Source of the DNA: Anaerolineales bacterium
GTDB lineage: Bacteria; Chloroflexota; Anaerolineae; Epilineales; JAANWY01
Assembly (NCBI GenBank): GCA_018263655.1
Contig: JAANWY010000164.1
Coordinates: forward strand, 1 to 44,402
Length of the DNA: 44,402 nucleotides
Direction of reading: 5' to 3'
The notes beneath the pieces are model-generated. The model was not told the origin of the DNA. It did no database searches and worked only from the letters and a program-made list of their open reading frames with translations. The translations under genes and the position numbers were made by a program. Position 1 is the first letter of the stretch; each line of letters begins with the position of its first letter. Below, one piece after another: positions 1-8,477 of the stretch.

Positions 1-117
1 GACCAGAGATTTCCCCCTGCCTATACTTGAACCAATCACCCGCAACGGCCGACTGACTGCGCCAAAGCGATGTCCACCCCCTTGCTGTTCTTCATTGCTG
101 CCGGGTGGGGCGCGAAT

Positions 118-146
118 TTGCACCGTAACACCACAGATGCTATAAT
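118..146 (+). promoter_or_regulatory. candidate sigma-70 type promoter upstream of rplY/ctc
   Basis: TTGCAC (118-123), 17-nt spacer, TATAAT (141-146) read directly. No other support. Confidence 0.4.
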
Positions 147-309
147 TGGCCGTTGCAGCTTTTATGAGCATGTGTATAAGCGTGTTCTCGAGCATAATGT
201 ACGATGCCCTGGCCTCATCACATAGCCTCTTCGCATAGCGGCTGGCTGCGGTCAGGGGTCCTTTGTGAAAGCCATTACCCAGAGCCCAAATGAGGGAGCG
301 CACGAACTC

Positions 310-1026
310 ATGGAGAAAATCGAACTAGCCGCTGAGCGGCGGGAAGTCATCGGCAAAAAGGTAAAACGTATCCGCGCTGAAGGTCAAGTGCCGGCCATCA
401 TTTACGGACCCGAAATCGAGCCCATCCCCATTCAGGTTGATGAAATCGATCTGGTTCGGACGCTGCGTGAAGCCGGCGCCAACCGACTGATCACTGTGAA
501 CATCGGAGGGGATGGGGACCCGCATGTCACACTGGCTCGCGATGTGCAGCGCGACGTACTCGCACGCAACCTACTGCATGTGGACTTTCAGGAAGTCGTG
601 CTTACTGAGACCATCACCAGCGATGTTCCCCTCATACTCGAGGGGACACCTTCCATTGTCGAACGCGGTGAGGCCCTTGTCAACCAAATGCTTAACTCAG
701 TCGAGATCGAAGCCCTACCCACGGACCTCATCCCTTCCATCGCTGTGGACATCAGTGAATTGGAAGAAGTCGACGACGCCATTCTCGTAAGCGATTTGGA
801 GCTGTCTGATCGGGTGACCATGCTCACTGATCCCAATGAAATGATCGTCCGCGTCAGCCACCCCGAGATGGATGTGGAAGAGCTCGAAGAAGCCATCATC
901 GAGGAAGAACTCGAAGTCGAGGTCATTCCTGAAGGCGAAGAGCTCGAAGAGCTAGAGGTAGACGAAGAAGGATTGGCAGAAGAAGAGGGAGAAGCCGAAG
1001 AGGAAGTAAGGGATTACATGATGTAG
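310..1026 (+). CDS. rplY: 50S ribosomal protein L25 / general stress protein Ctc form, with acidic C-terminal tail
   Basis: Translation MEKIELAAERREVIGKKVKRIRAEGQVPAIIYGP... matches the L25/Ctc N-terminal and Ctc C-terminal domains. The tail is Glu-rich. ATG at 310 is preferred over the GTG at 265 that opens the ORF. Confidence 0.85.
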   Translation: MEKIELAAERREVIGKKVKRIRAEGQVPAIIYGPEIEPIPIQVDEIDLVRTLREAGANRLITVNIGGDGDPHVTLARDVQRDVLARNLLHVDFQEVVLTETITSDVPLILEGTPSIVERGEALVNQMLNSVEIEALPTDLIPSIAVDISELEEVDDAILVSDLELSDRVTMLTDPNEMIVRVSHPEMDVEELEEAIIEEELEVEVIPEGEELEELEVDEEGLAEEEGEAEEEVRDYMM

Positions 1027-1065
1027 CTCCAAGAGGCCCTGTCTGAGAAACCTAGTCTCGATACA

Positions 1066-1120
1066 GTATCTTCTCAGTATATGGGGGGACATGGGTCGAA
1101 ATACCATTTCGACCTACATA
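1066..1120. repeat. dispersed repeat (inverted copy of 32262-32337) containing the hairpin ggtcgaaat-acc-atttcgacc
   Basis: The reverse complement of 1066-1120 matches tatgtaggtcgaaatggtatttcgaccc ... catgtccccccatata..gagaaga at 32262-32337. The second copy carries an extra 22-nt hairpin. Confidence 0.6.
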
Positions 1121-1176
1121 ACCCCGAAACATTGAGAGGATGCTCGATACAGGTAACCTCAGAATTGGAGCGTCCA

Positions 1177-1214
1177 GGCCGGTGGGAAATGCCATTTCCC
1201 GCCGGCCCTTTTTT
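1177..1214 (+). terminator. rho-independent terminator after rplY
   Basis: Stem ggccggtgggaaatg / catttcccgccggcc followed by a T7 run (1208-1214). Confidence 0.6.
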
Positions 1215-1250
1215 TCTTTTCTGATTTATGGTATAATGCAGGCAACAGTA

Positions 1251-2336
1251 ATGAATGTGCGAGGAGGATCTTCTTTGTTCAGCCCCTTAAATGCTATCCT
1301 GGGCCTTTTCTCACGAGATGTGGGGATCGACTTAGGTACCGCCAACACGCTCGTGATGGTCCGGGGACAGGGAATCGTCATCAATGAGCCTTCGGTTGTT
1401 GCCATCGAGAGTAGGACCCGTAGAGTCTTGGCCATCGGCGCCGAGGCGAAGGAAATGGTGGGGCGAACGCCGGCCAGCATCGTCGCCATTCGTCCGTTGC
1501 GGGATGGCGTCATCTCAGACTTCGATGTCACTGAGAAGATGCTTCACTATTTTATCAACAAAGTTCACGAGAAGATCCTCACACCTATGCCCCGCCCGCG
1601 AGTGGTTGTCGGCATCCCTAGCGGCGTTACCGAGGTCGAGAAACGCGCTGTTCACGATGCTTCCCTGAACGCCGGCGCGCGTGAGGCGTTTCTAATCGAG
1701 GAGCCAATGGCGGCCGCCATTGGTGCCGGCTTGCCGGTGACCGAGTCCATGGGCAACATGGTGATCGACATTGGGGGTGGTACCACCGAGGTGGCCGTGA
1801 TCGCGTTGGGGGGCATCGTCATCGCTGGCTCCTTGCGGATTGCGGGCGACGAAATGGATCAAGCAGTTGCTGACTATGCCCGGCAGAAGTACAACCTCTA
1901 CATCGGTGAGCGGATGTCCGAGACGGCCAAGATGCAGATCGGGTCCGCCTATCCTTTGGAAGAGGAACAGACGATGGAACTGCGAGGCCGCAATCTAATT
2001 ACGGGCCTGCCCCAGAGCGTCGCCGTGAGCAGCGTCGAGATTCGCGAGGCCCTAGCAAGTCCCGTGAGTACCATCGTCGATGTGGTGCGTGATACTTTAG
2101 ACGATACGCCCCCCGAGTTGGTGGCTGACCTGATGGATCATGGCGTCGTGCTAGCCGGCGGCGGGGCGCTGTTGCAGGGGCTGGCGCAGCGGCTGCAGGA
2201 TGAGACGAAAATGCACGTCCGGGTAGCTGAAGACCCCATGGCCTGCGTGGCTCGGGGTGCCGGCGCGGTTCTGGAAGACCTGGACACCTTACACGTAGCT
2301 CTGGCGACGACGCAGCGCGCCTCAGTTAGGCGGTAG
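1251..2336 (+). CDS. mreB: rod shape-determining actin homologue MreB
   Basis: ...RDVGIDLGTANTLV..., DIGGGTTEVAVI and VLAGGGALLQGL are actin/MreB ATPase motifs. Start is uncertain: ATG 1251 has no SD, while in-frame TTG 1275 is preceded by GAGGAGG (1261-1267). An extended -10, TGgTATAAT, lies at 1229-1237. Confidence 0.93.
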   Translation: MNVRGGSSLFSPLNAILGLFSRDVGIDLGTANTLVMVRGQGIVINEPSVVAIESRTRRVLAIGAEAKEMVGRTPASIVAIRPLRDGVISDFDVTEKMLHYFINKVHEKILTPMPRPRVVVGIPSGVTEVEKRAVHDASLNAGAREAFLIEEPMAAAIGAGLPVTESMGNMVIDIGGGTTEVAVIALGGIVIAGSLRIAGDEMDQAVADYARQKYNLYIGERMSETAKMQIGSAYPLEEEQTMELRGRNLITGLPQSVAVSSVEIREALASPVSTIVDVVRDTLDDTPPELVADLMDHGVVLAGGGALLQGLAQRLQDETKMHVRVAEDPMACVARGAGAVLEDLDTLHVALATTQRASVRR

Positions 2337-2450
2337 CACCCGCCCACAGGGGGTGTGTGCATCCCAAGTTTGTAAAGCCGGTGGCCGGCGCTCTCAACCC
2401 GCAACAAGTTGCGGCGTCCGGACGCTCGAACTTGCGACGTCCGGAGCGGC

Positions 2451-2484
2451 GTCCTGAGCTTGTCGAAGGGGGCCTGTCGAAGGG
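2451..2484. repeat. dispersed repeat core gtcctgagcttgtcgaagggggcctgtcgaaggg (identical copy at 17416-17449)
   Basis: 34-nt exact identity between 2451-2484 and 17416-17449. Related inverted copies lie at 33444-33463 and 44259-44279. Confidence 0.8.
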
Positions 2485-2569
2485 TTCGAGATGGTGACGC
2501 ATACTGGTACGGGAGCTCAGATGATGATTGCGTCATTAACAAATGTGGGATGCACCCCAGGAGGGTAAC

Positions 2570-3415
2570 ATGTTGAAGCGCACAAGCGACTCAACAATCC
2601 TGTTTGTCCTGATCGGTTTGAGTCTGGTCGGCTTCGCTCTGCACCGCACGGACGCCCTGGCGCCGGCCGAGCGCACCACCCTGGATGCAGTCGCGCCGGT
2701 CCAGCGGTCCATCGATGGGGTTGTGGATCGCGCCAGCAATCTGGTGGAAACGGCGCGCCGGCTCGATAGCCTACAACAGGAAAACGAAGCCCTCCGCGAG
2801 CTGGTGGACCAGCTAATGATCGAGAACGTTAAACTCAAGGATGAGACGCGAGAAATCCGGGCGTTGCGAGAGGAACTTCAGTTCAAGCGCGCCAACCCCT
2901 CTTTTGATATCCGCGCCGCCGACATCCTTGGTGGTCAGGTTGTCGGCCACGACCCCAGCAATCCGCTGTCATACATCATCATCGATGTGGGAGCCGGCGA
3001 TGGTGTGCAGCGGGACATGCCCGTCACGCGGGCCGGCGCGCTCGTGGGACGAGTTGTGCGTGTCGGAGAAGAGGCTGCGCGCGTATTGTTGATCACCGAC
3101 CCCACCAGCAAAGTCAACGCCCGCGTGCAACGCTCCGGGGCGACAGGTATCGTGGCCGGCAGCGTCGATGGCACACTGCGCCTGACGCGGATTCCGGCCG
3201 ATGCAGAAGTAGGGGTAGGTGACATCATCATCACGTCCGGTTACGGCGGCAACTTCCCACGGCGGCTGGCGATCGGGCAGGTGACGCAAGTTCACAGGCG
3301 GAACGTGGACCCGTTCCAGACAGCCGATTTGCAGGCGGCCGCCGGCTTAGGTGCGCTAGAGATCGTTTCTGTCATCACAGACTTCCAGCCGACGCGCACT
3401 GACGACGTCCAGTAG
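2570..3415 (+). CDS. mreC: rod shape-determining protein MreC
   Basis: N-terminal TM helix, coiled-coil (LQQENEALRELVDQL) and C-terminal beta domain (GIVAGS..., IITSGYGGNFPRRLAIG). SD AGGAGGG precedes ATG 2570. Sits between mreB and mreD. Confidence 0.9.
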   Translation: MLKRTSDSTILFVLIGLSLVGFALHRTDALAPAERTTLDAVAPVQRSIDGVVDRASNLVETARRLDSLQQENEALRELVDQLMIENVKLKDETREIRALREELQFKRANPSFDIRAADILGGQVVGHDPSNPLSYIIIDVGAGDGVQRDMPVTRAGALVGRVVRVGEEAARVLLITDPTSKVNARVQRSGATGIVAGSVDGTLRLTRIPADAEVGVGDIIITSGYGGNFPRRLAIGQVTQVHRRNVDPFQTADLQAAAGLGALEIVSVITDFQPTRTDDVQ

Positions 3416-3439
3416 AGGCTGCCCGATGACGAACAGTAA

Positions 3440-3570
3440 CCGTTCAGGTGGTGGGGACCCTTGCGAAGGTTTGCCAATCGCATTCGGGCTGAAAGGGCCC
3501 TCGACAGTCGAAAATCAGCCCCTTGCCAAGGCTATACCCAACCTTCACAAGGGTAGCTGAACGCTTACGC
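3440..3570. repeat. imperfect palindromic element in the mreC-mreD spacer
   Basis: Left arm gtaaccgttcagg..acccttgcgaaggtt versus reverse complement of the right arm gtaagcgttcagctacccttgtgaaggtt. The gtaaccgttcagg word recurs at 33524-33536 and 44187-44199. Confidence 0.5.
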
Positions 3571-3609
3571 TGAACATATTTCATTGAGGTGAGTGGGAGT
3601 GATGGACTC

Positions 3610-4110
3610 ATGAGTCCTTACCTGGCTGTTTCCATATTGGCCGGCATCGCGCTCCTGCAGACGACCCTGGCCCCGTATCTCGCCTTTAGGGGCGCACAGC
3701 CTGACTTCATGCTATTGGCTGTCGTGTCGTGGAGCCTGTTGCGTGGCGGGCGTGCGGGGGCTGTGTGGGGATTCGTCGGCGGCTTGCTGTTGGAACTCCT
3801 GTCGGGTGGCCCATTCGGTGTCTTGCTCCTGCCGCTCGTTGTGCTCGGCTATCTATCGGGGTTGGGTGAGATCAACGTGCTGCGTGCCCATTTTCTCTTG
3901 CCAGGGTTGGTCATTCTGGTGGCGACTCTGCTCTACGACGCTCTAATTCTGATTCTCCTACAGCTACTCGGGCAGCCCGTTGTCTGGGGGCCAGCCCTTC
4001 TGAACTTGATCCTGCCGGCGGCGCTGCTCAACGCGCTGACCTTGCCGTTCTTCTACCTGCCGTTTCGTCGGGCTCACCAAACCAATCGTCAACCGCAGAT
4101 GAAGTGGTAG
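3610..4110 (+). CDS. mreD: rod shape-determining protein MreD (polytopic membrane protein)
   Basis: About 166 aa and highly hydrophobic with about 5 TM segments. Lies directly after mreC and before PBP2. The call rests on synteny plus hydrophobicity. Confidence 0.75.
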   Translation: MSPYLAVSILAGIALLQTTLAPYLAFRGAQPDFMLLAVVSWSLLRGGRAGAVWGFVGGLLLELLSGGPFGVLLLPLVVLGYLSGLGEINVLRAHFLLPGLVILVATLLYDALILILLQLLGQPVVWGPALLNLILPAALLNALTLPFFYLPFRRAHQTNRQPQMKW

Positions 4111-4139
4111 CCGGCGCCTGAGCTGAGTTTATCGAAGCG

Positions 4140-6152
4140 ATGGAACTTCGAGATCCTTTTCCGCGCCCAGCCCGCAATGACGATCACAACGGCGCGTCAG
4201 CCCGTCTGATCGTCTTTCGGGTGTTCGTTGTGCTGGTGTTTGTGGTACTGGCCGGGCGGCTGTGGCAACTGCAAATTGTGCGTGGGGAGCAATACCGCCA
4301 ACGAGCCGACAGCAATCGGTTCCGCATCGAAGCAATCGACGCCCCGCGAGGCGTCATCTACGATCGGGGCGGCAACATTGTCGTCCGGAACAAGGCCAGC
4401 TTTGCTGTTTCCGTCGTCCCGGCTAACCTGCCCGCAGAGCAAGAACAGCACGTCTACCAGAAGCTGGCGGACTTGCTCGACATGCCCGTCAGTGGGTGGC
4501 CGGCCGGCGTTGGGACGGGGGCACGCCCTAGCATCCGGGAAATCGTTGAAGCCGGCCGCGCTCGCGATCCGTACTCGCCGGTGTTGGTGAAAGCCAACGT
4601 CCCGCGCGACACGGCGCTCATCATCGAGGAGACTCACCTGTCACTGCCGGGGGTGCGCGTTGAAACGGCCCCGATTCGCGAGTACACAACTGGACCGCTA
4701 CTGTCGCACATTCTGGGCTACATGGGATCGATCCCGAAAGAATGGGCAGAGGCATACGACAGCCCAGACTACCACCCGGCCGATCGCGTTGGCTTGGCCG
4801 GCGTCGAATACAGCCTGGAGGATGTCCTTCGGGGTGAAAAAGGTCACCAGTTTGTCGAGGTGGATGTAGTAGGCCGGATTCTGCGAATGATCGGGGACCC
4901 GATTGAGCCTGTACCAGGGCACAATCTCTACCTGACGATTGATACACAATTGCAGCGGGATGTCGAAGGCATCTTGAAGGGAGCTTTGGAAGAACTCGGG
5001 GCGTCTTCCGGCGCGGCTGTTGTCGGCGATCCTGGCTCTGGCGAAATCATGGCTATGGTCTCGCTGCCGAGATACGATAACGGCCTGTTTGCCGGCGGTA
5101 TCTCGGCCGACGATTGGGAGGAGCTCGCTAATGCCCCGTTGAACCCGCTCCTGAACCGCGCCATCGCCGGCCTATATCCCCCCGGGTCGATTTTCAAACT
5201 CGTTCCAGCCGCTGCAGCGCTCGAAGAAGGCGTCGTCACCCCCGACACCTTGATCGACGATCCGGGCGTGATTCTAGTTAAGAACGAGTACTTTCCGGAC
5301 GATCCGGAGATGGCGCAGCCGTTTTACTGCTGGCTACGGTCAGGGCACGGCAAGCTCGATGTCGTGGGGGCCATTGCCCATTCGTGTGACGTGTTCTTCT
5401 ATGAAATTGCCGGCGGATTCGAGGATTTTCGCGGTCTTGGCGTTGACCGCCTGGCGCAGTACGCCGAACTATTTGGACTGGGTGCGCCGACCGGCATCGA
5501 CTTGCCCGGGGAGTTGGCTGGCCTGGTGCCGACGCCCAAGTGGAAGCGGAAACGGTTCGGCGCTGACGGTGGGGTGTGGACCACGGGCAACACTTACAAC
5601 ATGGGCATCGGTCAGGGTGATGTGTTGGTGACACCGCTCCAGATGTTTAGTCTGACTTCTGTTGTGGCCAGCGGAGGCACGCTGTATCGTCCGCAGATCA
5701 TCCAGCGGGTGGTTGATACGCAGGGGGAGACGGTAGAGAGGATGGAGCCAGAGGTGACCCGCGAAGTTGCCGTCGATCCGGCGCACCTGGCCCTCGTGCG
5801 CCAGGGCATGCGACGGGCCGTCACTTCGGGCACCGCCAAGGCCGAGTGGACGCATCTGCCGCCGGAGATTGACGTCGCCGGCAAGACGGGTACCGCTGAG
5901 TTCTGCCAGCCTAACGCAGCCGGCACAGACTGTGAGCGTGACAGTGATGGCAATCTGCTGACCCATGCCTGGTTCGTAGCGTTCGCACCTTTCGAGGCCC
6001 CCGAAATCGCTGTCGTTGTATTCATCGATGGGCGCGGGGTAGGGCATGTGATCGAGGGTTCGCGGGTGGCGGCTCCTATCGCGGCGGACATCATCCGGAC
6101 GTACTACGGGTTGCCGGAGTGGCAGCCCACGCCTACGCCCGGCCCGCAGTGA
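4140..6152 (+). CDS. mrdA: penicillin-binding protein 2 (elongasome transpeptidase)
   Basis: N-terminal TM anchor and PBP dimerisation domain. Transpeptidase motifs are SIFK (SxxK), SCD (SxN/D-type) and KTGTA. Synteny with mreBCD. Confidence 0.92.
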   Translation: MELRDPFPRPARNDDHNGASARLIVFRVFVVLVFVVLAGRLWQLQIVRGEQYRQRADSNRFRIEAIDAPRGVIYDRGGNIVVRNKASFAVSVVPANLPAEQEQHVYQKLADLLDMPVSGWPAGVGTGARPSIREIVEAGRARDPYSPVLVKANVPRDTALIIEETHLSLPGVRVETAPIREYTTGPLLSHILGYMGSIPKEWAEAYDSPDYHPADRVGLAGVEYSLEDVLRGEKGHQFVEVDVVGRILRMIGDPIEPVPGHNLYLTIDTQLQRDVEGILKGALEELGASSGAAVVGDPGSGEIMAMVSLPRYDNGLFAGGISADDWEELANAPLNPLLNRAIAGLYPPGSIFKLVPAAAALEEGVVTPDTLIDDPGVILVKNEYFPDDPEMAQPFYCWLRSGHGKLDVVGAIAHSCDVFFYEIAGGFEDFRGLGVDRLAQYAELFGLGAPTGIDLPGELAGLVPTPKWKRKRFGADGGVWTTGNTYNMGIGQGDVLVTPLQMFSLTSVVASGGTLYRPQIIQRVVDTQGETVERMEPEVTREVAVDPAHLALVRQGMRRAVTSGTAKAEWTHLPPEIDVAGKTGTAEFCQPNAAGTDCERDSDGNLLTHAWFVAFAPFEAPEIAVVVFIDGRGVGHVIEGSRVAAPIAADIIRTYYGLPEWQPTPTPGPQ

Positions 6153-6218
6153 CCAGTGAACGGTGAGCAGTAAACAGTGCCAAGTTGTGGTTACTGCTGA
6201 CTGGATACGGTGCACTGA
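6148..6218. repeat. low-complexity word hairpin (cagtgaacagt family) overlapping the mrdA stop
   Basis: Arms are cagtgaccagtgaacggtgagcagtaaacagtg and gtggttactgctgactggatacggtgcactg. The same word set occurs inside the cobalamin riboswitch at 20635-20710. Confidence 0.5.
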
Positions 6219-6224
6219 CGACTG

Positions 6225-6884
6225 ATGATGGCTGAGGGTACTGTCACGATCAAGGGCACCAAGGACGGACTGCTCGTCATCCTGAACCAGGATGACTGGC
6301 CCACGACCCTGAGCAACCTTAAAGAGCACCTGGTTCAGATGGGCACCTTTTTTACCGGCGGGAAGGTGATGTTACAGGCTGGGGGGCGTGTGCTGGAGGC
6401 CGAGGAACTGGAGACGGTCGCAGGTGTATTTAGTACCCAGGGCATGACGCTGACGACCGTCCTGAGCGAATCGGCGGCGACGCGCCGGGCGGCACACCGC
6501 CTAGGCTTTGAGACAGAACGCCCAAAGCCGCAACCACCGCCGCGGCCGGCGGCGACGATGGACAACATGGTAGTGCGACGGACATTGCGGTCTGGCCAGA
6601 GTGTGCACCATCCGGGATCAATCGTTGTGATCGGCGATGTGAACCCCGGTGCAGAAGTTGTAGCCGGCGGGGACATCATCGTGTGGGGCCACCTGCGCGG
6701 CGTGGTGCATGCCGGCGCATTGGGGGACAATGAGGCTATCGTGTGTGCGCTGGCGCTGGCTCCGACGCAGCTTCGGATTGGCAATCAGATCGCGCGACCG
6801 CCAGAAGAAGAAATGGAGACATCGCAGCCAGAGACGGCGCGTGTTAGAGACGACCAGATTGTGGTAGAGGATTGGGACAGATAG
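6225..6884 (+). CDS. minC: septum site-determining protein MinC
   Basis: The C-terminal beta-helix signature (RSGQSVHHPGSIVVIGDVNPGAEVVAGGDIIVWGHLRGVVHAG) is typical of MinC. It is followed by minD and minE. Confidence 0.85.
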   Translation: MMAEGTVTIKGTKDGLLVILNQDDWPTTLSNLKEHLVQMGTFFTGGKVMLQAGGRVLEAEELETVAGVFSTQGMTLTTVLSESAATRRAAHRLGFETERPKPQPPPRPAATMDNMVVRRTLRSGQSVHHPGSIVVIGDVNPGAEVVAGGDIIVWGHLRGVVHAGALGDNEAIVCALALAPTQLRIGNQIARPPEEEMETSQPETARVRDDQIVVEDWDR

Positions 6885-6938
6885 AGACTAGGGATTGAAG
6901 ATTAGGCCCGAGCATCGGACCTAATCTCCAATCTCTAA

Positions 6939-7061
6939 CTTGACAATGTTAAATTCGGTTCAGAAACAGCCTTTTGCTCGCCGAAGGTCTCCTGACCGAG
7001 GCGAACGGGGCTCGGTCAGGAGACCTTCGCCCAGCACGCCAGGTAATTTAACATTGTCAAG
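6939..7061. mobile_element. 123-bp MITE-like element with 17-bp perfect terminal inverted repeats and a candidate 4-bp target duplication
   Basis: TIRs are cttgacaatgttaaatt (6939-6955) and aatttaacattgtcaag (7045-7061). CTAA flanks both ends (6935-6938, 7062-7065). An internal perfect 19-bp stem spans 6982-7000 and 7011-7029. No coding capacity. Confidence 0.6.
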
Positions 7062-7099
7062 CTAATCTCTAGCCTCTAATCTCGAGAGGAGGAGATAAG

Positions 7100-7909
7100 A
7101 TGCCTGGACGAGTGATCACCATCACGTCGGGCAAGGGTGGCGTTGGAAAAACGACGGCTACGGCCAATCTCGGCGTCGTCCTTGCCCAGCGCGGGATGCG
7201 GGTCGCCGTCGTCGACGCCGACATCGGGCTCCGGAACCTTGACGTTGTCATGGGTCTGGAGAACCGAATCATCTACGATCTAGTAGACGCCGTTGAGGGA
7301 CATTGTCGCCTGGAACAGGCTCTGATTCGCGATAAGCGCCTGCCCGAGCTTTACCTATTGCCGGCCGCTCAGACCCGGGATAAATCGGCCGTCTCCGAAG
7401 AGCAGATGTGTGAACTGTGCAACGATCTGCGGGAGATAGTCGACTTTGCCCTGGTTGACTCGCCGGCAGGTATTGAGCAAGGCTATCGCAATGCAGTCGC
7501 GCCAGCCGACGAGATCCTCGTCATCACGACGCCCGAGGTTTCGGCTGTCCGTGATGCTGATCGCATCATCGGCCTGGTTGAGGCGGAGGGGAAGGGACCG
7601 GCACGTCTCATCATCAACCGCCTGAAGCCGGCGATGGTCCAGCGCGGCGATATGCTAGACACGCAAGATGTGTTAGATGTCCTCGCCGTTGAATTGGTCG
7701 GCGTCGTACCCGAGGACGAGAAGATCATCGTCTCCGCCAACCAAGGTCGTCCAGCAGCTCTGTTGAACGGCTCACTAGCCGGTCAGGCTTTCCACCGGAT
7801 AGGCGGCCGGCTTTTGGGTGAGGTGGTGCCTTTTGTGGAACTGAAGGCGCCACCGTCGTTCCTCGAACGGCTACTGGACATTTTCCAAGCAACTGGAGGT
7901 GACTTATGA
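7100..7909 (+). CDS. minD: septum site-determining ATPase MinD
   Basis: Deviant Walker A GKGGVGKTT. Full-length similarity to MinD, including the C-terminal amphipathic helix region. Confidence 0.95.
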   Translation: MPGRVITITSGKGGVGKTTATANLGVVLAQRGMRVAVVDADIGLRNLDVVMGLENRIIYDLVDAVEGHCRLEQALIRDKRLPELYLLPAAQTRDKSAVSEEQMCELCNDLREIVDFALVDSPAGIEQGYRNAVAPADEILVITTPEVSAVRDADRIIGLVEAEGKGPARLIINRLKPAMVQRGDMLDTQDVLDVLAVELVGVVPEDEKIIVSANQGRPAALLNGSLAGQAFHRIGGRLLGEVVPFVELKAPPSFLERLLDIFQATGGDL

Positions 7910-8193
7910 GTTTCTGGGATCGTCTCTTCGGACACCAGGAGGCCGAGAACCGCAGCAAGGATGTTGCGAAACAACGTCTGCAAGTGGTGTTGGTTCACGA
8001 CCGAACGCGCATTCGGCCGGGTCTCCTGGATACGATCCGAGACGAAATCGTCAGTGGTATCTCGAAGCATGTCGAGGTAGACAAAGGCCATGTCGAACTA
8101 TCCCTCGCGAGCGAGGGTGGCCAGAGCCGGCTTGTCGCCGACATTCCGTTGAAGGTGGCTGGCCGACCACGACAGCGACCGACTGCTGGCTGA
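7906..8193 (+). CDS. minE: cell division topological specificity factor MinE
   Basis: MSFWDRLFG...AKQRLQVVLVHDR is the canonical MinE N-terminus. ATGA overlap with the minD stop. Confidence 0.9.
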   Translation: MSFWDRLFGHQEAENRSKDVAKQRLQVVLVHDRTRIRPGLLDTIRDEIVSGISKHVEVDKGHVELSLASEGGQSRLVADIPLKVAGRPRQRPTAG

Positions 8194-8477
8194 GCGAGTG
8201 AGCCGAGGTGCAGAGGTGCAGGGGAGAGAGGATCGAACTACGACATACCTGCCCTTTTCTCTCCTGATCCTCTGCTCACGCATCAGCGATCAGCATCCTG
8301 CGGTCGGTGGTATGGTCTGAACCGTCCGTGATCTGTCGCGAGTGAGCAGCGGAACAACACGTTCCAGTCGGTCACAATATTGCTCGTAGTGAGCGCTTCA
8401 CCACCTGAGCGTGCGCTGAAGTGTACAAGATGAGCATGCGTTGTGACGAACTAAATTGCTGAGGTTCGTCTCATTTC

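Noticed and set aside
5469-6329. 286-aa minus-strand ORF. The same applies to the other long antisense ORFs at 10071-10835, 14397-15092 and 28319-29035.
   Set aside because: All are antisense to well-supported genes, have Arg/Pro/Gly-biased composition typical of GC-rich shadow frames, and show no domain-like sequence.
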